This document shows, piece after piece, positions 17,068-27,100 of a stretch of 64,000 bases of DNA. How positions within the stretch are numbered: position 1 is the stretch's first letter; every line of letters starts with the position of its first letter. Where the stretch lies: contig DAORKG010000020.1 in the NCBI GenBank assembly GCA_035439445.1, positions 375-64,374 on the forward strand, read 5' to 3'. Origin of the DNA: Bacteroidia bacterium. GTDB lineage: Bacteria > Bacteroidota > Bacteroidia > B-17B0 > Aurantibacillaceae. The notes under the pieces were generated by a model that ran no database searches, was not told the DNA's origin, and saw only the letters and a program-made list of their open reading frames with translations. Both the position numbers and the translations under genes were made by a program.

Positions 17068-18255
17068 TTACTCTTTAATAAACTTAATGGTTTTTATTTG
17101 TTCTTTATGACGAATAGATAAAAAATACATGCCATTAGATAGATTCAATAAATTAACCTGATTATTAAAGTGACTTTCAAATACTATTTGTCCTAAATAG
17201 TTTTTAATTTCAATAGTTGCGTTTTGAAATTGATTTTGTTTATCAATAATATTTAAGATAGAATTTGTTGGATTAGGATAAATTAGTAAACTATTATCTA
17301 TTTCGGTTTCTTTTAGACCAACGAAATCAATATTTTTCCAAGTTTCCTTAATGCGAGCTTGATTTTCATTTAATCCTGTTGTTATATATAATGCTCCATT
17401 CATAGAAAAAAACATACTACCCTTTCTTCCTAAACTTGGTATACCAGAATAATTTGTCAGACTACTATCTAAAGGATTAAATACTACTAGTGTATTTGTT
17501 ATTATCCCAGTCGAATCTAAGCCTCCATATAAACATCCTTTCTTATTACATACAGATGTACCAATATAATCTTGTGCAGGCAAGGTAATATTTGAAATTT
17601 TTCTCCAACTATCAGACAAAAAATTGTATTGATAAACATAATGATTATAACTTGAATTACTATTCATGCCATAACATACATATCCAGTACTGTCAATTGA
17701 AAAAAAAGAACCACGCCAAATTGGTATTGGCAAATTGTTTTTTTGCGACCAAGTAGTTGTTATAAAATCATATTCCCAAACTTCATTTAGAGTTGTGTTA
17801 TCTGCTTTTCTGCCACCAATAATATATGCCTTATTTTTAATTATAAAGTTACCCATGCCTTGTCTTGCAGAACCTGGAAAATTTGGTAACACTGACCAAG
17901 TATTTAAAATTGGATCATATTCAAGAAAATCGTTAAAGCATGTATTGTCACATTTAAGACCTCCGAATAAATAACCCTTATTGTTATAAGAAAAAGCTGT
18001 AGCATATTGTCTTTCTTTACCAACAGGAAGATTTGCCATTGATGACCATGTTTCTGAAGTACAATCAAATATGTAGCCATTACCTGTACACTGCCAGCCA
18101 ACCTCTAAGCCACTAAAACAATATGCTTTGTTATTAATTAAAAAAGATGTACCGTCGTCTCTCTCTGTTCCAGGAAAATCAGTTAATTGAAGCCACGACT
18201 GAGAATGAAGTTTACTGAACAAGCATAAAAGAGTCAAAAAAATAATTATTCTCAT
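17068..18255 (-). CDS. Kelch-repeat protein with T9SS C-terminal sorting domain
   Basis: Signal peptide MRIIIFLTLLCLFSKLHSQ. Kelch-like NNKAYCFSGL / NNKGYLFGGL / KNKAYIIGGR. CTD LLIYPNPTNSILNI...NGMYFLSI. Confidence 0.8.
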   Translation of the reverse strand: MRIIIFLTLLCLFSKLHSQSWLQLTDFPGTERDDGTSFLINNKAYCFSGLEVGWQCTGNGYIFDCTSETWSSMANLPVGKERQYATAFSYNNKGYLFGGLKCDNTCFNDFLEYDPILNTWSVLPNFPGSARQGMGNFIIKNKAYIIGGRKADNTTLNEVWEYDFITTTWSQKNNLPIPIWRGSFFSIDSTGYVCYGMNSNSSYNHYVYQYNFLSDSWRKISNITLPAQDYIGTSVCNKKGCLYGGLDSTGIITNTLVVFNPLDSSLTNYSGIPSLGRKGSMFFSMNGALYITTGLNENQARIKETWKNIDFVGLKETEIDNSLLIYPNPTNSILNIIDKQNQFQNATIEIKNYLGQIVFESHFNNQVNLLNLSNGMYFLSIRHKEQIKTIKFIKE

Positions 18256-18256
18256 A

Positions 18257-19786
18257 TTACCTAATATTTATAGCCTTAAAATTAACGGTTGGCTTATGCT
18301 CTTGTTTTAAACTCAACACATATAATCCATTAGCTAAATGTTGTGTATTGAACTGCTTAGTCCCAAACGATTGAGTTAATTCAATATTATCAATTACTTT
18401 CTCTGAAGATAATTCAATTAACTGTAACTGTGCTTTTCCATCAAAATCTAAAATAGAGTAGTTTATATTCAACTCATCTTTAAAGGGATTGGGATAAACA
18501 GTTAAGCCAACATTAAGCGAGTTATTTTCCACTATGCCTGTTATCAAATTTTGTGGACAATTACTATTTCCAAAACATCCATTGCTATCTACCTTTAATA
18601 ACCATGTTTGTTGTAAAAGATTTAAGCTCGTACCACTAGACCAACCAACTGCTGCAATATCTTTATTAGGTAACTCTATTATATCCCATAAATAATTATC
18701 TGCCGTTGTATCTAATGGTGTAGCATCTGGACGATAATCTTTCCACCATTTTAAATTACCTAAACTATCCGTTCTTATAATAAAGCCCTTCAATTCATTA
18801 TATGAAGTTCTTCTACTCCCACTCATTATAAAATCACCGTTATTGCATTTTTTTAAACCTGTAACTCCGATATCTTGTTGTTTTAAACCGTAATACTTTT
18901 GCCATATTATATTACCATTCAAATCGAGTTTTGTTAAAGATGGACGATCCCACTTGTATGTAAAATTCCATACACTATCTACAATAGTAGTTGCTACATA
19001 AAAATTTTGATTATTACTATTAACAATACCCATATAGCCACTTCCAGATTCTGTTATTTTATAGTTCCAAATAAAATTTAAATTACTATCTAGTTTCATC
19101 AACCGCGATTCAAAGCCCCATGTACCCGATGTGGTGCTAAAACCAATTAAAAAACCTTTATCTTCAGCTAATTCAGAAGCAGTTATACTTCGATATTCAC
19201 ATGTACTTAAATATATTTTGGAGTTTATTAATACTCCATTTGTATCTACAACTCTTATGATTGGCTTATATAGACCTGAATGACCTAAACCACAAGTACT
19301 ATCTGTAGTGCCTACTAATAATAACTTATCTGTTGATTTTGAATATGGCACAATTTTTTGTGGCAAAGAATAATAACTTGTATCACCATAATAACTCGTG
19401 TGAATTGTATCTCCGTTTAATTTATATTTATAGAAGAGACTACTTATATTGTTGTAATATCCACCACCACCCGTGCAGTACAACTTATTATTGTAGTTTA
19501 AAATTGCATTTGGATAATAATAGCTATTAATAAAGGCCGTTGAATATTTATTAGTACTGATTGAAATACCATCATTTGTTATTTTACCAACAACGCCTTC
19601 ATGAGTATCTAACAATTGTAAAGGGGCATAAAAAGTATCATTAACCATAGTAAAACTCATACTCCCATTATTTTGACTGTAAAAGTCAAAACGCTTATTG
19701 AAATAATACTGTGCTTTTATACTTATTACAAAACTTAAAAAGTAAAAGAGCCATACAACTCTTATACTAAAATATCTGAACCTCAT
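18257..19786 (-). CDS. beta-propeller-like secreted protein with T9SS CTD
   Basis: Signal peptide MRFRYFSIRVVWLFYFLSFVISIKAQ (ATG at 19786). Repeats GNIIWQKYY / GNLKWWKDY. CTD TVYPNPFKDELNINY...NGLYVLSL. Confidence 0.75.
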   Translation of the reverse strand: MRFRYFSIRVVWLFYFLSFVISIKAQYYFNKRFDFYSQNNGSMSFTMVNDTFYAPLQLLDTHEGVVGKITNDGISISTNKYSTAFINSYYYPNAILNYNNKLYCTGGGGYYNNISSLFYKYKLNGDTIHTSYYGDTSYYSLPQKIVPYSKSTDKLLLVGTTDSTCGLGHSGLYKPIIRVVDTNGVLINSKIYLSTCEYRSITASELAEDKGFLIGFSTTSGTWGFESRLMKLDSNLNFIWNYKITESGSGYMGIVNSNNQNFYVATTIVDSVWNFTYKWDRPSLTKLDLNGNIIWQKYYGLKQQDIGVTGLKKCNNGDFIMSGSRRTSYNELKGFIIRTDSLGNLKWWKDYRPDATPLDTTADNYLWDIIELPNKDIAAVGWSSGTSLNLLQQTWLLKVDSNGCFGNSNCPQNLITGIVENNSLNVGLTVYPNPFKDELNINYSILDFDGKAQLQLIELSSEKVIDNIELTQSFGTKQFNTQHLANGLYVLSLKQEHKPTVNFKAINIR

Positions 19787-19787
19787 A

Positions 19788-20570
19788 TTACCTGATACTA
19801 ACAATCTTAAAGTTAACGCTTGGTTTATTACTTTGTTTTAAACTTAATAGATAAAGCCCATTAGCTAAATGTTGTGTATTAAACTGTTTTGTACCAAAAG
19901 ATTGGGTTAATTCCATATTGTCAATTATTCTTCCAGAAGATAATTCAAGTGTACTGCAACCTCCTGATAAATTAACTATTTGAGCAGAGCCATCACAACA
20001 ACTTGAGCATGTTGGTTGGGTTACCTGGATGGAATATGTTATAGGTGTTGAACATACAGTGGATGAAGATTGACCTGCTAATAAATGAATATTAGAGACA
20101 CTGGAATAGGTATTGGAATATACATACAAGGTATCAAAGCAACCTGATTGATTATCTCCAAGGAAATTTAAGTTTAAATATCCAAAAGTGGTATCTCCTG
20201 GCGCATTTAACCTATAATATCCCATATATCTTTGCCCTGTATTTAGTTGCCATGCAGGAATCCAGAAACAACCAAAAACCGATGAAGGTAACGAACATTG
20301 ATTTCCATAATTTGAAAAGGGTTGACCACTCAATTTTGGCAAATCTCCTAATTTAACATTTGCCTGTTTACTTGACGCACTGTATATAACATTATCTATG
20401 CCTACATAACGTGAAATTTTTATATCAATATTTCCATCAGCGTTAACATCAATAATAGCAGTATCTTTTGCTACTAGTACCTTATCATTAATAGCAACCG
20501 TAACAGTTTGACTATACGAAGAAATAGAAGTAAATAGTAATGCAATTTTTAATAACGCTTTATATTTCAT
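19788..20570 (-). CDS. secreted protein with truncated/chimeric T9SS CTD
   Basis: Signal peptide MKYKALLKIALLFTSISSYSQ. The last ~45 aa are near-identical to the CTD tail of the 18257 gene, but the PNP-type start of the CTD is missing. Confidence 0.65.
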   Translation of the reverse strand: MKYKALLKIALLFTSISSYSQTVTVAINDKVLVAKDTAIIDVNADGNIDIKISRYVGIDNVIYSASSKQANVKLGDLPKLSGQPFSNYGNQCSLPSSVFGCFWIPAWQLNTGQRYMGYYRLNAPGDTTFGYLNLNFLGDNQSGCFDTLYVYSNTYSSVSNIHLLAGQSSSTVCSTPITYSIQVTQPTCSSCCDGSAQIVNLSGGCSTLELSSGRIIDNMELTQSFGTKQFNTQHLANGLYLLSLKQSNKPSVNFKIVSIR

Positions 20571-20576
20571 GAGAAT

Positions 20577-22055
20577 TTATTTTTGTACTATGACTTTTTT
20601 AACCACAATTTCATTGGATTTCCTATTTTTAATTTCCATAAAATAGGCTCCATTTTCTAAATTAACATCAAGATTTATTTTACTACTAGCCAACTGCAAT
20701 TTATTTTTATATACTATTTTACCTGCTATATCACTAATATTTACTTCTATATCACTACTTTTAAAATCTTCAAATTGTAAGTTGAAATTGCCATTACTTG
20801 GGTTAGGAAATAAGACAAATTCATTGGTTACTATTTTTTTAATATCAGTAGCGAAATCACAATTAACCGAATCACAACCCAAACTATCAGTTTTAACTAA
20901 CCATAAATTTTGATAGGGTTGCCCAATGTGATTGTATTGACCCGTAAGGATAAAACCTCCATCTTGTGTTGTATTAAATCCATAGAAGTAGTTTGGTATT
21001 GTTGGTTCTCCATCATAATGACGTTTCCATATTAAATTACCATTTTTGTCTGCCTTCAATAAAAAACCTGTCCATGCTGTTGTTGTTCCATATTCTCCAG
21101 AGCCTATCATTACAAAAGATGAATCGGACAATTGTTTTACACTTGGTAACCAATCATTTGGAGTATTACCTAGAGTAAAATATTTTATCCACTTCTGAAC
21201 GCCATTTCTATCTATTTTCATGAGAGCTGCTTGATTATTATAGGAACCACACATTACAAAACCGCTATCTAACGTATATATTGCCGCTCCGCAAGGTTCA
21301 TCACCACTTGGAGTTCCATATTGATTTCTCCAAATTAAATTACCTGAAGTATCTGTTCTTACTATTCCAAAATCAAAATAAGAATTTCCACTACTATAAT
21401 AACCATACCTACCTCCTAGCAAATACTCTGTATTATTTTTTATCACTTCCAAACTCAAATATACTTCTTCATAAATAGTACCTAAAGTTTTACGCCATAT
21501 TAAATTACCAGTGGTATCTGTCTTAATTAATAGAATATCATTATAGGTTGTGTTAGGATTTGGCGATGAATTACCAAGAATAATAACTTTATTATCAGAT
21601 GTTATTTTTAATTCAGCTGATTGATCATTATTAATATTAGTATATTTTTTAAACCAAACTAAAGAACCATTTGTGTCTATTTTTGCCAAAAAAACATCAG
21701 AGTTTTGTATAGTTGAATCATAAGTAGATCCAACACATAAATAATTTTTATCAGGCAATTCTTTAACGTCTGTAAAAAAGTCTCCACCACTTAAGGAAAA
21801 ATCAAATTGCTTTTTCCAAAGCATATTACCCTGAGCATCAGACTTCACTAGATATGCCCCGATATAGTTTGTCACTATACTCATTAATGAGCCACAAGCC
21901 AAAAAATTTCCGTTTGAAAGCTCTATTACATTAACCCCACCATCTAATAATGAATCGTTACCTGTATTTAAATTAACATTAAAATTATATTGTGCTTTGG
22001 AGGTAATACTCCAAAGCATAACAACAATAATTAATATTTTTTTAAAAGATACCAT
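20577..22055 (-). CDS. beta-propeller-like secreted protein with T9SS CTD
   Basis: Signal peptide. Repeats GNMLWKKQF / GSLVWFKKY / GNLIWRKTL / GNLIWRNQY / GNLIWKRHY. CTD LFPNPSNGNFNLQF...NGAYFMEI. Confidence 0.8.
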   Translation of the reverse strand: MVSFKKILIIVVMLWSITSKAQYNFNVNLNTGNDSLLDGGVNVIELSNGNFLACGSLMSIVTNYIGAYLVKSDAQGNMLWKKQFDFSLSGGDFFTDVKELPDKNYLCVGSTYDSTIQNSDVFLAKIDTNGSLVWFKKYTNINNDQSAELKITSDNKVIILGNSSPNPNTTYNDILLIKTDTTGNLIWRKTLGTIYEEVYLSLEVIKNNTEYLLGGRYGYYSSGNSYFDFGIVRTDTSGNLIWRNQYGTPSGDEPCGAAIYTLDSGFVMCGSYNNQAALMKIDRNGVQKWIKYFTLGNTPNDWLPSVKQLSDSSFVMIGSGEYGTTTAWTGFLLKADKNGNLIWKRHYDGEPTIPNYFYGFNTTQDGGFILTGQYNHIGQPYQNLWLVKTDSLGCDSVNCDFATDIKKIVTNEFVLFPNPSNGNFNLQFEDFKSSDIEVNISDIAGKIVYKNKLQLASSKINLDVNLENGAYFMEIKNRKSNEIVVKKVIVQK

Positions 22056-22058
22056 TAA

Positions 22059-22892
22059 TTACTCAATAACTAATTTACTTTGACCTATGTTATTATTATT
22101 TTGAGTCAATGAAACTATATAAATTCCATTTACAAGTTCTTCTATATTAATTTCAATTTTAAGAGTAGATACAGATTCAAACCTTTTTGAGTAAACTGAC
22201 TGCCCCAAAAGATTAGAAACAGTAATGATAATTGGATCATCGGATTGTTGATTTTCATCGAATTCTATTTTGAAATTTCCCTTGTTTGGATTAGGGAATA
22301 TTTTAAAATTGCCAATAGTTATATAATTCTCATTGCCAATGGCTTGATATATGCCTGTTATTTCAATCCAATTTAACGTATCGCTTATTATAGGGTTATT
22401 AAATTTTTTAATTTGCGGCGTGTAGTTTAATAAATAATTATTTACACCGCTTTGGTATATTGTATTACTTGAAAAATATACACCTATGTTATTACAAGCA
22501 TATTTGAAAAAATTTCCAAACACACAGTACATTTTTAAGTAGTAATAATTCCCTAAGACTAGAGGAGTAGATAATTGAGTATGTAAATATTCTCTTAAAT
22601 TCAAAAATGAATTATCATAGCACCAAATACCTGTAAACGTATTACCTGTTCTTGGCAACTGTTTATATGTATAGGCGCTACAAGGAGACACTGTTGAAGT
22701 ACAACAAATATTAAAAACATCTGGTGTTCCATCTTGAGTAGGATTGTACCAATTTACACAAAGTGTAGCGGAATGATTACCACCAATTATTGGACAATTA
22801 CTTAATAATTCAAAACTTGAATTATTAACCAAATTTTGCCCATTTAAAAACAAATTAGATAAAACAAAAACTATTAACCCTATTTTTTTCAT
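22059..22892 (-). CDS. secreted protein with T9SS CTD (paralogue of 22939-24132)
   Basis: Signal peptide MKKIGLIVFVLSNLFLNGQ. N-domain NLVNNSSFELLSNCP. CTD FPNPNKGNFKIEF...NGIYIVSL. Confidence 0.75.
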   Translation of the reverse strand: MKKIGLIVFVLSNLFLNGQNLVNNSSFELLSNCPIIGGNHSATLCVNWYNPTQDGTPDVFNICCTSTVSPCSAYTYKQLPRTGNTFTGIWCYDNSFLNLREYLHTQLSTPLVLGNYYYLKMYCVFGNFFKYACNNIGVYFSSNTIYQSGVNNYLLNYTPQIKKFNNPIISDTLNWIEITGIYQAIGNENYITIGNFKIFPNPNKGNFKIEFDENQQSDDPIIITVSNLLGQSVYSKRFESVSTLKIEINIEELVNGIYIVSLTQNNNNIGQSKLVIE

Positions 22893-22908
22893 TTAAATAT
22901 AGATACAA

Positions 22909-22936
22909 AAAAGCCCCTACTAAAAAGAGGCTTTTT
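22909..22936 (-). terminator. weak hairpin between paralogous T9SS genes
   Basis: AGCCCCT..AGAGGCT (one mismatch), followed on the - strand by TTTTTTG. Confidence 0.35.
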
Positions 22937-22938
22937 GA

Positions 22939-24132
22939 TTATTGTTGCACCACTAATTTTTTAGTTATAGTTTTATCATTGTTAGTAATCTTAACAAGAT
23001 AAATACCACTTTTCAAATCTATATCAAAATTAGTTGACGCATCAGTAACGTGATGATTGCTACGATAAACAATTTCTCCAGCAATATCAGTTATTATAAT
23101 CGCAATATCTTCTTCTTTAAAATCAGCAAACCGCAATTTAAAATTGCCATTACTTGGGTTAGGAACTATTGACACACTATTTTGTAATTTATTATGTTCA
23201 TCAACTTTTACAGGGTTTAAAACAATAACGTTAACAGTGTGATTGTACACAGCACTATTAAATGTTTCTGTAGCTTGGTAACTTGTATTTACAGTTGGCT
23301 TTACATAAATCCCCGGCGCATTTTTTATAAAAGTATTACTCATATCATACCAATCAACATTCAAACCAGTAATTGCCGGACCAATTAAAACACTATCTCC
23401 TAAATAAACTGTTGTATCTCTATATTGCCATTGGGGAGTTGTTATATTTTCAACGCTTACATCGTCTATAAAACAACCACTACCAGGATAATTACTACCA
23501 TTTATACTTAATGTATCTGTTAATGTATCATTTTTGAAATTCCCAATTACAACGTAGTTTTCACTACCAGTTGCTTGATAAACTCCCTCTATTTTCACCC
23601 AATTAACAGTATCTTTTATAATTGGATTATTAAATTTATAAATATGAGGTATATAATTTAAGACATTATTATTTGTTGAAGTGCTATTTGTTGATGAAAA
23701 ATTATTTTGAAACGATAAAGCTATATTATTTGTCCCATATTTTCCCGAATAATTTGCGCCTGGAATATTGACATAAAAAGTAGTGTAATAAATCATGCCT
23801 GTAACTAATTGGTTATTTAGTTGTTTTTGAGCATACTCTCTATAATTTGAACCAAACCAATTAAATGTAATAATACCTATAAATGCATTCCCTGAATGAG
23901 CTGATTGATAAGAATAATTATTTTGGTTTGGCACACTATAATTAGGATTAGTCGAACATGAATTTAAATACTCAGCATCATTGTTTGGTGGTGATGACCA
24001 TCCAACTGCTTTTGTAAGTTGGCCTGCACTGGAAGGACATGAAGAATATATCTCAAAATCACCATTACCAATTAAATTTTGTGACATACAAGGTCTAAAA
24101 CTTAATAATATATATATATATACATATCTCAT
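22939..24132 (-). CDS. secreted protein with T9SS CTD
   Basis: N-domain NLIGNGDFEIYSSCP is paralogous to the 22059 gene. CTD VPNPSNGNFKLRF...SGIYLVKI. Confidence 0.75.
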   Translation of the reverse strand: MRYVYIYILLSFRPCMSQNLIGNGDFEIYSSCPSSAGQLTKAVGWSSPPNNDAEYLNSCSTNPNYSVPNQNNYSYQSAHSGNAFIGIITFNWFGSNYREYAQKQLNNQLVTGMIYYTTFYVNIPGANYSGKYGTNNIALSFQNNFSSTNSTSTNNNVLNYIPHIYKFNNPIIKDTVNWVKIEGVYQATGSENYVVIGNFKNDTLTDTLSINGSNYPGSGCFIDDVSVENITTPQWQYRDTTVYLGDSVLIGPAITGLNVDWYDMSNTFIKNAPGIYVKPTVNTSYQATETFNSAVYNHTVNVIVLNPVKVDEHNKLQNSVSIVPNPSNGNFKLRFADFKEEDIAIIITDIAGEIVYRSNHHVTDASTNFDIDLKSGIYLVKITNNDKTITKKLVVQQ

Positions 24133-24162
24133 GTTCTATACTTAAATTATTTTAACTCTTAC

Positions 24163-27100
24163 TTATTTTTGAATTACCAATTTCTTGATAATAGTTTGAT
24201 TAGAATTTATGTTATAAAATTTAACAAAATATATCCCATCTTTTGCATCAAAAACAAATTCTGTCAAAGCATTAGCGATTGAATGTTTTCCTTCATAAAT
24301 AGTTTTTCCTGCTATATCATTTACAATCACTTCAATATCACCATCTGTTACCCCAAATGTAGCAACATGAAATAAATTAACGCCAGGATTTGGGAAAATC
24401 ACAGCGTCAAAGCTATCTTCATTATCCATTGCATTGTCGTTTTGATGTGACTTAGCTAAACGTGCATTTGATTGTTCAGGGCAGTTATCAGGATATACAT
24501 TATAACTATCATACATTACATTTAGCATAACTCTTGCCTGATAAACCATTACACCATCAGTAAAAGGACAACCATATGCTAAGGTAGCCAAAGCTAAACT
24601 ATCATTAGTAGTTATAGTACCCTCTGCCTGTTTGATAGCTAAATTATAAAATGATTTATAGTTTAATTCGACAATATCTGATGATGCAATAGAGGCATTC
24701 AAATTGTTAGCAGTGGTTAAATCACCGGTAACGATATTTGTTTCTATATCTGCTAAAACTTTACGATTAGTGTTTTGGCTATTAGCATAAAATGTTTGTA
24801 AAATAGATGAATTAGCCATTAATGTAGGATCTGCCTTTAATAAGCGGTATACCTGATTTTTATTAATGGTTTTTGTTTGCTGCGCATTATTTTGATAATT
24901 AATTACATCTAATGCAATTTGTTCTAATTGATTGATTACAAAAGCAGGAGGATTACCCCCGCCATTATTTAAAACTACAGGGCAACCAATATAAAGCGGG
25001 TTACTTGTTGTAGGAACTAAATTCCCATTATTTAAACTATATAATGTTGCTAAAAAAGGCAATGTGAATGACTGAGATGACCCATCGGGATTAAATGGAC
25101 TAGCACTGTTATTATTACGAATATACATTTTAGAATATGTTGCATCTGAGCCAGATAAAATTCCTGTTTTAAAATTACCTGTCCAAGTTCCAGTCCATCG
25201 GTTATCTTGCGGGCTTGTTGCAGTACCTTGTTGCCCAATAATACCATTGTTTAATAATGCAAATCCATATTTATGGTTACTCATTACATTATTATTAAAC
25301 AATGTATTTGTGCAATTACCACTAAAAGCAATACCGTGATAGGTGTTGGTTGTTGTATTACAGTTTACATTAATTCTATCTGATATATTATCAACAATAC
25401 CATATACTTTAGAATTAGCAGTGATACCAAAACCAGTTACATTATTACTGTTTACTTGGCTTACATTAACATTTGCCTGAGCACCGCTTACAGCAATACC
25501 AAACTGTTGAGGAGTTGCGCTGCTTGGGTCAACCACTAACTTAATTGTATTGGAACTAATTTTGTTAGTTGACTTTTCCCAATTAACATAAGCAATACCA
25601 CGATACACATCTGTGATAGTATTATTAGCCGTTTGTATAACAGAGGTTGCAGATGATGAAACAGGAATAATATTGTATGGGCTACTGATAATATCGCTCA
25701 ATGCAATAGCATTTGATACATAATTGGTAGTAATAGCAGAACCACCAACTTGGGGAGAGATAATATTATTATCTACATTCACAGCACCTGCATATTGGCT
25801 ACTAGATGATGTAATAGAACCTATGTTTAATAATCCAAATGTAGCATCAAGGATTACACCGTTCTCAATATTATAAATAGTGTTATTACTTACATTATAT
25901 GTCTTGTAACGATTAGTAATAGATTTTACCCCATACTTTCCTTTAACATTTGGACCAGTTGTAGCGGTACTTTGTGAACTACGAATATCATTTAAGGTAA
26001 TTTGATGTTCAAAGTAATTAAATGTATTTATTGCTCTACTACAATCAACAAACTTATTTCCTTTACTAGCGCTATTATTTGTTGACGTTACTCGTAAACG
26101 GTTATTGTATGTTTCGTTTGGTGCAGTGGCGTTAATACCAATACCACCAGCTGTATTGCTTTTACCAAATGTTGCAGTGTTTTGATAAATAGTATTATAT
26201 GACGTAAAGTTAGAGCCAATTAAATCCACACCTATACGTTGGTTATCAATAATATTTGTATTGCTGGCACCACCTAACACAAATTCAAAATAAGTTGGAG
26301 TTGCGCTTTGAGGATTTTGCGTAACACCAACAGCTTTTAAACGGATAGCAGCAGATGGTTTTGAATTTGCAGGTGCAGGCGCTTTTAAAAATGCACCTAG
26401 AGTTCCTGTTTGCAAATAGGTTCCATTATCAATTACATTATTTGTAAAAGGTGCGCCAGGATTTGTTGCTGCTGCTCCAATAGTTGATGCAGATGGGAAA
26501 GTTTGAATACCAAATGGAATATCACGACAAGTAAAAACACAATTTGTGATACTAAAAGGATAATTTGGAACTGCTTGACTATAACTATTAATGAAAACAG
26601 AAACATCGTTACGGTTAAATGTTGAATTTATTAAATTAAAAACATTGCCAGAGGCTTGTATATTACCTGTAACATCAACAGCTACTTTAGCATCTTCTAT
26701 TAAAGAATTTGTAATAGTAAGTTGCCCCCCGTTTTGCACTTCAATTCCCTGCCACATATCTCCACAAGAATATAGATGAGAGTTTATAATACGTAAAGCT
26801 GCACCATTTGGAACAATTATTTTTACACCGGCAGCCATTTTAAAATCAGCATTAACAAATAATTTAGTTCCTACAATTGTAACACTATTATTAACACAAA
26901 ATACACTATTTACCGCGTTTGATGTAATTGAACCAGATGTTCCAATTGGATTACAATTTGAACAATATGTACACGGTGGACTAAGTGTAACAATAACACT
27001 AGAACTTTGTGTACCACATGAATTGGTAACTTCAAGAGTATATACAGTGGTAACTAAAGGTGAGGCAACAGGGCTTGGGCAAGTATAGCATGACAAACCA

